DNA of 64,000 nt. Origin: Dicyema japonicum. Lineage: Eukaryota; Animalia; Dicyemida. Below the pieces are notes generated by a model that did no database searches, was not told the DNA's origin, and worked only from the letters and a program-made list of their open reading frames with translations. Positions 51,110-61,120 of this stretch are shown here, one piece after another. The translations under genes and the position numbers were made by a program. The stretch covers positions 1,922,332 to 1,986,331 of the forward strand of contig RDEW01000001.1 of assembly GCA_011109175.1 (NCBI GenBank). The letters run 5' to 3'. Each line of letters opens with the position of its first letter. Position 1 is the first letter of the stretch.

Positions 51110-53606
51110 TTTTTATTTTTATTTATTTAACCAAAGACCACGGAAAAACAAAACTAATTATCACGTGATTTTAACAAAGACCTCATCTTTGCCCGTCGTT
51201 CTTCCTTCGTGCCCGCGCATGAACGTACAGGACGGCTGCCTGAATTTTCAGGGCCAATTTCCCGTGATCTGGAGTCAAGTCTCATAAGGGCCTCCAGAGG
51301 CGTAGGTCCGGCTCGATGATCTTCACCAATCCAACGTTCCGTTACTCTGTAAGCCCTCTTTTGCATTTCCTCAATTTTCCTCATATTTGTCCAAGATATG
51401 GACGGACCCCACGAGGCGCATGCATATGAGAAACATGGCTCTATGTATTGTTTGTATACGTTCATCAAGACTGGGTGAGTACCACTCTTCCATATTCCCG
51501 ATAAACTTTTCAATACGTTCAGTTTCTTCTCGCATTTCAATAGAATGTTTTCTAGGTGTGATGTCAAACAAAGATGCATATCAATTGTCACACCCAAGAT
51601 CCTTTGACATCTGTGGAAAGGGATACCGACCTTGTTTAACTTCAAGGTGACCGTCTTACTTCCCAATCTTTTGTCCAAGGAAAATAATGATGTAGACGAC
51701 TTCTCTGCATTCACCACGAGCCGGTTTTCCATTATCCAGGCATTAAGCTTGTCCAGGTTAATTTGTATTCTTTCTGGCCCTCTGGATGTCCTGATCTCGC
51801 GAAGTCAACACAATATCATCCGCATAGAAAAGTAGAACATCATTCTCAGATTCAAGACTCGGGAGATCAGGCAGAAAAAGGTTAAACAGAGTAGGCGATA
51901 AAGGAGATCCTTGAGGGACTCCGTTGGGAGGAGTCGTGAGATTGATTTCAGACCTCCGAGGCAAACACGTCCCCTTCGTCCACTTAGGAAGTTAGTAATC
52001 CAAAGCTTTAGCTTCCCTGGGATCTCCGATTGAAATATTTTTCTCGATAGAATCTTCCTCGAGACTGAGTCAAAAGCTTTATGTATGTCGATCGAGCAGA
52101 GCACTGTTTTAAAGTGTCTCGGCTTGGTTGTGAATCCGACTCGAATGAATTTGGTCAATGTTTGCAAGTATGTAGACGTGGATCTCTCATTTTTGAATCC
52201 ATGTTGAAAATTCTTTTCTGGTAAAAATTCTTTTATTCTCCCGAGCACAAGCCTCTCCAGAATTTTTGACATTGAACATAGCAGTGACACCGGTCTAAAA
52301 GACGCTGGATCCTCTCTCGATCTTCCTGGTTTCAGTATTGGCCGTATTAGAGCCAGATAACAGGAATGTTATCTGGTCCGTTGGAGTATGTCGTTTTTAC
52401 GGAATGTATTGTATCCCTCACCTCTCTCTCAGAAAAGAAGAGTGGTTCTGATATAATCTTAAGTTTCCTGCGTGATGGAAGTGTATCAGACTTCATGTGC
52501 TCTTTGTGTGAAATTTTAGTATAGAATTTTATCAAGTTGTTCACATCTCTTTGAACATAATCCTCCTCTGTTGAAATTTCATCGCCTTTTGCCACATTTC
52601 GAATACCTTTCCACACCTCTGCCGTAGTGCGATTTCTATTTACTATTGAAAGTACACGATTCCACTTCAACCTCAGGGCCTTGAGCTCTTTGGCCTTTAT
52701 TTCATTATTCAATGTTCTGATCCGGAGTTTCATATCCAAGGATATCCGGTTAAATTTTTTAAGCCGATTTCTTTCTTTAATCAAGGCCGTCTTCCCTCGA
52801 CCACTCAACGAATTTAAGTATGTTTGGGTATAGCCCTTGATCTTGCTTCCAAGATTATTTGGTTAAAGTAGCTGATGGCATTTTCCAGAGAACTAAAGCT
52901 ATCCAAGTAGCAATTCTTCATTTTATCTTCTGAGATTTCACGATACTATTTCCAGTTAGCACATTTGTAATTGTAGCTACTAGGAATTCTTCTCACGTTG
53001 GCCTTTCTTTTGATCTTCAGCACAATTGGATTATGGTCGCTTCTTGTTTCGTGGAGGACTGACCAATCAATTTTTGATGAAAGCGACGATGAGCAGAGTG
53101 TTACGTCCGGAGAGGTAGGTTTATCTGTCTCTCTCAGTGGTGTCCTTGTATTTCTCGATGGATCATTCAATATCGTTAGGGAGTCTGTTTGCGATAATAA
53201 TAGTTTCCCTCTCATGTCAGCTAGTTAAGTTGACAGCCATAATGGATGCTTCGCATTCAAATCCCCGCCGATGATGATTTCATCGAAGGAAGACAGTCTT
53301 GATAAGTTTGGCATAACATGACTCTTCGGACAGGAACCATGAGGCGGAACGTAGATATTCACAAGGCATAGTCTTCCTTCCGTTGTCCAGAGCGAGATTC
53401 CAATTATTTCTGTTACATCATCATCCCCAACAAGTTTCCTCATTTCCGAGGAGATGTCTCTGCATTTCAAGTTCTTTTTGAATAGAGTGAGCAGACCTCC
53501 ACCTCTTTTTTCTTTACGGTCCTTCCTAATAGCTTTGTATCCTGGGAATGTAGGGGTAGGGTCATTAAAAGAAAGTTTGGTCTCTTGAATCATCGCAACG
53601 TTAATC
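51110..53606 (-). mobile_element. Jockey/I-like LINE ORF2 (APE endonuclease + RT), nearly complete, few frameshifts
   Basis: 'IQETKL..RKDR..GGGLL', 'YVPP', 'GDLNAKH', 'SPDVTL..SDHNPI', 'GPDNIP', 'FQHGF', 'DIHKAFDSV', 'GVPQGSPLSP', 'YADD', 'ILGVTID'; (TAAA)n-like tail. Confidence 0.92.
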
Positions 53607-53947
53607 TAAAGTGTTTTTCTCTTCGATGGGCTGAGGATTTCCTCCGGGAAGGTTCGATCTTCCGTAAAATGCATCGCCCGGGGACGAGAATGTCCCCAGG
53701 AGGATGGGGTTTATCGGTCCTTTTTCGGTGGGCGATAATAATAGTCGATAATAATTAGGTGCCCCCTGGACGTTTCCAAATCCTTTCTAATTGGTAGACC
53801 ACATAACGCCACGCTAATTAAAATCAAATTTTCAAATTTTTCATGAAACAAAAACGAAATAATTACAGAAAAACAAATGAATTTTATTAAAAATAAATTA
53901 TTTAAAAATTTTAATGAAATATCATATTAATTTAATATTTAAAATTA

Positions 53948-54977
53948 ATGGGTCAAAGCGTTGTTGTTGACCAAATTTCAAATATGATAAAGATTAACTT
54001 AGGTTTAAATTAAATTATAACTAATAGCATTGTCTAAAAATACGTTCAGAACTTTATTTTTTGAAAGATATTGTAGTGACCACGAAAATAAAGAATATAT
54101 TGAAGACGACTTATTATTCTTGGTGAAAAATTCTAATAAGAACGTAAAATATGCTTTAAAATGTCAGAAGTTTACCGCTGAGGCGGTGAGAACTGGTCGT
54201 CACATGCCTGCTATTTCCTTCGACAAAATAGACTTTAAAAAATCATTTTTTCTTAATTTTTTAATGCATGAAGTGTTAAATTTATCTAATGGTAGTTCCA
54301 GTATGTCATGACTGCCGGAGTGATGAACTTGAACTCAAAGAGACTTCGAGTCCAAGCATCTGACGTACTACATGTTGTAAAATTTAGGTTGTCCCGATCC
54401 AATCCAATTCGTACAGAATGGACAAAAATGGTGATTCAAGCGAGTCTGCTTATCCGAATATGTTTTTTCCTCTTGAAAACCACGACAATGTTTTGTTTAA
54501 CTTTAATGTAGATTTTTGACAGAAATGTCGTTTATCCAGGTGAGATGCTGGTTTACGAACTTGTTGCTCTTGAAAAGAATTCTGATAATAGCTTTGTAAT
54601 ATTCAGTGGAAATATTGAATATTCTGTTCTTCATAATAAATATGTCTTTTTTATAATTTTTGTAGAAGGAAGGCATTAAGTCACGGAGTTTGATTTCAAA
54701 ATTTAAAAATTCTAAAAATGACAGAAAAGTACACTGTGAGTTAAACGGTCCTCGAAAAGATTCTTGGATTGGAATTTGTCTTCGTTCGTACCAGTTTGAT
54801 CGATCTGGGGTATTTGTTTTTTTTATTTTGAGGAAGTTTTGCAAAAAAATGGAAAAGATAATCCATTAATCTCAACAATAACCCACGTTTTAGCTAATTG
54901 GGAGTTGATCATTAACGGTTGAGTTTTTACTAACTTTAGATATTTTCATATCTCCCATTAGACCTAAGTATATTTGA
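53948..54977 (+). CDS. KIAA0930: KIAA0930 (C22orf9, DUF2045) homologue, 8 introns of 22-25 nt
   Basis: Spliced: 'DDLLFLV', 'IDFKKSFFLNFLMHE|FQYVMTAGV', 'RMDKNGDSSESAYPNMFFPLENHDN|IFD..PGEMLVYELVA', 'IFSGNIEY', 'LNGP', 'ITHVLANWELIIN|DIF'; TGA at 54975-54977. Confidence 0.82.
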
Positions 54978-55120
54978 TTATTTTTTAAGTTTTTTTTTAT
55001 TTGTAATTAATTTTGTTACAAATTTAATTAAATTATTAGAACATAACATTTTACGTTATAATAAGAGGCAAATAACCAGTCGTCTCATGACTGGGAAGAT
55101 CTGAAGTGCATCTAAGTTAA

Positions 55121-55400
55121 CTAAGGTCCCGTTAGTGCCACACGTTTCGAGATTTGCTTCACTAGGCGTCTCCATCTTCCTCTGCTTTGCGCATCTGTTC
55201 TTAGATCTTCTAGGTCTTCTGCAGATTTAAGTTTTCTTTCAATTCCATTAAGATCCATGTTCAGAGCCACGGGTAGAGTGACTCGGTCTTCCTTTGAACG
55301 ATGGTTTGTTCTCATTATATTTGCAGGGGCGTTTATGTTGATTATAGACACGTGCCCAAACAGTCTCCATCTTGATTCGATAATGTCGATGCTTATTGGC
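55121..55400 (-). mobile_element. RTE-like LINE 3' end
   Basis: 'RWRLFGHV...TLPVALNMDL..AEDLEDLR..RGRWRRLV'. Confidence 0.75.
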
Positions 55401-55680
55401 CTTTTTGTATCCATAGGCACAAAGAACATCCATAACCTTTTGTTTTTCATACACAGAGAGAGCTTGTCTGGAAAAGCGATTGACAAGTTCTAGTTCTGCC
55501 ATCTGCTTTGAGATTTTCTTTACATTGTTCTCCAACCACGTAGTCTGCGGTTTAACCTTCGCAGTTAAAGCCATATAAGCACACTGTGCAGCAAATAGAA
55601 TATCAGTAATTTGATTGATATATTGAGGCGGATTATTTTTTGTAATATAAAATATTGCAAATTTTAGTCCCGACAAAAGA
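55400..55680 (-). mobile_element. N-terminal fragment of the R4/NeSL-like RLE family
   Basis: 'INQITDILFAAQCAY..T' matches 'MNEITDIIYAAQCAYENLT' at ~11300. Confidence 0.65.
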
Positions 55681-56159
55681 CTAACTCTGACATACTTTCT
55701 CTGAATTTTGGGTTAAAATCAAATTTAGTTATTTTTATAGATGAGAAGTTACCCATTAACTATTTTACATTACTGATTAAATTCTGAAATTTGCCGCAAA
55801 AAATGCTGGAATAACAAATGGCAAATTTTGGAGTTTACTGCATTTAGAACCACAGGATTACTGAAAAATGAAAGCACAAAAAACGTCAGACAGTTAGGAA
55901 ATCCCAGTTATCGCCATCGAACGAGCCATCCAACGTTTGTGGTCTCCATTTTCCCACTATCGTTCGAAGTTCCTTCTCTCATCCCTGCAGAGAAATCGAT
56001 TGAAAATTCTTTATGCATTTGAAAATGAAAGGCTAATCGGATTTACATTTTTTTAATAATTACTATGGAAAGTTGTTTCTCGAAAATAAAAAAAATTATT
56101 AGCCTTTTAATATTACAAAATATATCACTTATACGTAAAAAAGCACTTAATTATCTAAC

Positions 56160-56540
56160 AGCCAAGACCACTGTAAACAAACCAATTATCACGTAATCCC
56201 TATGCATTCTAACAGCGATTTCATCTTTGCCCGGTGTATTTCCGCGTACCACGTACGGGAGCGCTGACTGATTTCAGGGGTACATTCCCGTGAACTGGAC
56301 TCAAATCTCATAAGGGCCTCCAGAGGCGTAAGTCCGGTTAGATGATATAAACAAATCCAACGCTCCGTTACTCTGTACTCCTTCTTTTGGATTACCTCGA
56401 TTTTTCTTATATTTTTCAAAGATATGGACAGTCATCACAAGGCACATGCATATAAGAAACAAGGCTCAATGTACTGTTTGTATACGTTCATCAAGACTGG
56501 GTGAGTACCACTCTTCCATATTCCCGATAAACTTTTCAAT
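56160..56540 (-). mobile_element. 3' end of the Jockey/I-like LINE family
   Basis: Near-identical to ~51150-51510 ('GLTPLEALMRFES'). Confidence 0.8.
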
Positions 56541-56650
56541 CTGGATGTGAGCCAAGAAACTGACACCTCTCAGCTGCGATTAAAAAATCAATTAGTTAAT
56601 ATTTTAATTAAATAAACCATTAACCCAATTTAACCGAAAGAGAATCATAA

Positions 56651-57987
56651 TTAGCTTAACTTAAGGAATGGCTCATTGAAGAGTGATTCATTACGGGATT
56701 TCATTTTGATATAAATATTGGCAATGACTGCAGTAAGTATTATAAATAGAATCAATGACAACAGTAGTCCGACAACTCCACACACGATTCCAATTATTTG
56801 ATGTTTCGACAGTTTTTGTACGGATTTACTTTCAGACGATATTAGATCTTCAAAACTTATTTTATCTAAAATTCAGTCGAGTTTACTAACCATCTGTAAT
56901 ATTATGATGTTTAATCGTGGTTTTTTGCTCCTTAATTTCAGTAGATGATTGTGTTTCAAAGCATCCTTCATCTAAAATTCAGTTGGATCTATTTACCATC
57001 TCCAATAAATTCAAAAATCAAATCATTGCGGAAAAATTGTAATTTAAAAGATGAAATTTCGATAGACACATTTTTATAGTTTTGTGAGATGGATCCACAG
57101 TGATTATATCCTCCCATTTTAATTTGTTTAAATTGCTTTTTAAGTGAAACACATTTATTTCTTCTGTACCCAACACAAACAGAAAATTTATGAATATGAT
57201 ATTTATTATTCCCATATTGCTTATACGCCGTTATCGTTATAGTAGTATGATCACTAGTCAATATATATTTATCGGCATTATAATAATTTGTTATGCTATT
57301 ATAATCATAATCATTGAAATGCTCATCTGTTATCTACGAATTAATGTTCACGTGTACAATTTTGTTATTGTCAATATATGATATTTTGATTTTTCCACTT
57401 ATTACCCCTCTGATCATCTTTTCTTTAAATAAAAACCAAATCGGCGTATTTGGGTCATTTTTTAGGTTACAGTCATTAGCTAAATAAATTTTAATTAAAA
57501 CCTTTTCCAGTAAAATAATTCATATAACCATAATCGTGATATTGCAACTTGCTTGAATAAAATGTAACAGATATATTATTCGAAAAACTAATATAAGCAT
57601 AACCACATCGGTAGTATTCCCCATATTTAGTTTGTGGTATCTTTGTGATATTTGTGTAATTTTTACCACCTTAAGTACAACAAAAAAGTATCATAATCAA
57701 TTTCTGTTATTAAGTCAATACTATAAGACTCATTGTAGAAGTGTGGAATAAATTTAAAATTAATATTGTCATGAAATAACATATACTCTCCATAATTTTT
57801 CCAGTCATCTATATGTAGATCGACACTTAACTCCAATAATCTATATTCCTAAAGTTAACGAAATATATACTTTAGAAGGAATTTTCTGAAAAACATACGA
57901 GTCAATTAATATATATCCACTATCACATTTAATTTTAACAAATTTGTTAAACAGAATAAATATGATAAAATTAATAGTTCTGTTCAT
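56651..57987 (-). CDS. Type I membrane glycoprotein with two LAMP-like repeats
   Basis: Signal-like 'MNRTINFIIFILFNKFVKIKC'; repeats 'KYGEYYRCG..ISVTFYSSKLQY..YFTGK|ANDC' and 'KMGGYNHCG..VSIEISSFKLQFF..FIGD|DEGC'; TM 'IIGIVCGVVGLLLSLILFIILTAVIANIYI'; short tail. Introns 20-25 nt; one apparent 1-nt frameshift near 57670. Confidence 0.6.
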
Positions 57988-58072
57988 GTAATCTAAATTT
58001 TATTAGGTCAAATTTTATTTAAATTTTCGACATTATATTTTATTTAATTATTATAAACGATTTTTTAATAAA

Positions 58073-58106
58073 TACAGTAAAGTCTCTCGAATCCTGCAAT
58101 TTCAGG
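58073..58106 (+). mobile_element. pogo/Tigger-type MITE terminus
   Basis: TA|CAGTAAAGTCTCTCGAATCC, same as 20476-20541. Confidence 0.6.
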
Positions 58107-60599
58107 AAACAACTAATTAAGTGGATACATTTTCTACTTCCACAGAAACAGAGACCATCCGGTGTCAGCATAGATGGTATCGTCCAACTTGCAGTTGTGG
58201 AAGCCCGTCCAGTGGATTAGGGGAAAGTTAATGATCCTGTTTTATACCTTCCAGGCAATGGACGCAGCGTGGAAGGTGGATCGCCACTCTATTATGGAGA
58301 GATAGAAAATGCAGAAAATCAAACAAAAAAATTCAACCATTTTTTGCTATAATAAATCATACCATGATTTAATTTGACCATGCAAATCTATTCTCTGTAG
58401 AAAATTAGAATAACTTTCAATTGGTTTATCAGGCTATTCACAAACCTTCAATTCCACATTAGGAAACCAGAACGAGAAACCCTTGGTCCACAGATCCTTG
58501 CGCCTTGTTTACATCAATCCACGAATCGAATAGTTTGTTTCAATAATGATTTATTAAGACTTGCTCCTTCGCACCATGAAATATCTTTGCCACCAATTAA
58601 ATATCAGATGAGTTGACAATCATCTTCCTAAACGCAGCTTCCGCAACCCATGTCCTATCAATCGGAGTCCTTATACTCGATTCAATGTAGGCAACACTCA
58701 TGAATGGAAAAGGAACTTGTTAAACGTAAACATCACTACAACCCTATGAGTAGTCAACGAGAGCTGCTTCTCCGAAATTATTACATTGCCCAATCCACAT
58801 TCAATTATAGATACTTAGACTGTATCTTCTCATCATCCTTAATCGAGGGACTGGTCCAGGGATTCTAACCAGGTAAATACATGTCAATATCGAATTCCAT
58901 TCTCCTTTTCCGCAAAATCTCCTCCACGTGTGCTCGTAGCAGCGATGTCGTCGTAATTTTTGACGACTTGGTCACTACCGTGCAAATATCAATTACACAA
59001 CAGTCGAACACATTTCCAGAAAACTTGGTTACGGGCCTCTACCCACAAGTAGGCTTCTCAAGGTATATCTCCACGTTGGATTTTGCAGACCATTCCTCAG
59101 TCACAGTTTGCTCAAGGACGTGCCTGTACACGTTAATCTTATCCAGACAACTCTTCATTTCAGCCTATCCCTCACAGAATAGGGTCTTTTTTACAAGTTG
59201 GAGTTCAGCGGAGCTCATCTGCTGAACCAACCAACCACCTGGCCTGATAATAACCAAGAGACATACACTCTCAGTGTATTTTGAGTACATTTGGCCATCT
59301 TTTCATACATTTCATGTAGATCCCGCAGTGTGGTACGCTCGATCTGCATCTTCCTGGCACTTTCAACGTCCATGCCTTCATTACAGTGTCTTCGTTCATT
59401 TCGAAAACTGCCTTGATGTCTCTCTCCATTTGATTTTCGCACTATTCATACAATCGAACCAGACCTTCATCAAATATAGATATTAGCCCGCTCTCTCCGC
59501 TTGGAGACTTGCTCGAGTGAATCTCAGTTATTCAGCCTACGAATACAGGAGCAGCGACCTTTCTATTGTAATCTATTGAGGACGAGCCACTGATCGACTT
59601 CGTCTGTAACGAGCTGACGTCTGATTCACCAATTAAAAAAATGGAACCTTTCACGTTGAATTAACTAAATCGCTAGCTCACTGAGTTTGTGGGAGGTAAT
59701 TAGGCGAGAAACTTAAAGTTTTGCCTTGCTCTTGTTGGAGATGAGGTCACTGATATACAATTTGCTTGCTAAAATTGACAATTATGTCAACACCGATTGA
59801 TTCCATGCTTTCAAATATCTCGATCCACTTGGTTTCGTTATTAGTGGTATAGGATTATTTGCTATGTTAATTTAAATCCGTCGAATTTCCAAGTGTATTG
59901 TTGTTTTAGCATCTGTGAATGCTCTTATGAGTATAGTCATGTATAGAATACATGTTTTTAGCTTACATCATCGCGATTATCATCCCGGTGTATTTCATAG
60001 TCTTCCTGAGGTATAGAAAGCAGTCTACTAATCAGTTAAAAGTAAAATTGTTACAAATTTCACTCTTCTTAGATATCAACAAAAATTTTTCTAAAACAAA
60101 AAATAACGTTAAAATTCAAATACTTTTTTATTTTTTATTATTATGATATAATATTAATAATTAAAATAAATTAAGTAATTACTGTTTTTGATGTGGATCG
60201 AAAACCGTCGGATCACTTTTACTCGAAAACCAACATTCTCCCAGTGGCGCATTGGTTTGGACCGATGTACTTGATAGTTTTTTTTGATTGGTGATGATTC
60301 GGACAGTACCCTTGACAGAGAAACAAGTAGGAGTTGAGGACGATTAATCTTTGGACAATTTCTCCTATGGTACGTATTGGGCCCTTGGCTTCCTCCTCCG
60401 ACCAAATATAACAGATTCTACAATATGATTTTTTGCTGTCATGTAGCTCCGGAGAACATCAGAGACTTGAGATTAACAGCAGCTGGAAAAGCCAACCTCT
60501 TACAAAGTAGGGAGATCGGGTTAATATCCAATTAACTAACGAAATTCAACATCAAAAGAATTTCTTATTCAATACAAAGAACATAGTTGACAGAGCACC

Positions 60600-61120
60600 T
60601 CAATCGTTATGGTGTTTAGTCGCTTGCAAACAAGATACATACTGTCATTTTATTTTTTTCAGTGTAACACGGCACTCAAACATCTGGGAGACATGTGACT
60701 ACTTTGGTGGGACAAATGAAAAATCGGAATGAGGAGACAGTTAACATTTACAGTCAAATAGATTACAAAATCACTGCGCCGTAATCTTAAATGTACATTA
60801 ATGGACAGTGGAACATTTCTATTTAGTGACAATAAAGCTGTTGTCTCTCACCATCATACCGCACAAATGCAGTTTCCAATGGAGTTCCACAAAGTTCAAT
60901 TCCATCGCCTTCACTATTTAATTTATTCCTGATTGATATCCCTCAACCAAATTTGAATAACTTTCTTTCAATGTCCTATGCTGATAATTTAATATTTGCA
61001 GCAAAAATGTAAAAAAACTTGTGTTAAATCTATGTACTTTAACAAACTAAATGATAGACTATCCTACAATGTATTGTCGAAAAATTTAAGTGAAAGAAAA
61101 ATGATGGAGACTTAAGATGG
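60600..61120 (+). mobile_element. Decayed LINE RT remnant
   Basis: 'SNGVPQSSIPSPSLFNLFLIDIP', 'SYADN'. Confidence 0.65.

Noticed and set aside
53620-53800. GC-rich multi-hairpin segment with ggttcgatc (tRNA, RNase P or ribozyme candidate)
   Set aside because: No cloverleaf or RNase P P4 partner; the minus strand encodes 'LIIIDYYYRPP', an APE endonuclease remnant.
20476-58106. The two MITE termini as ends of one large composite transposon
   Set aside because: They face outward relative to the intervening DNA.
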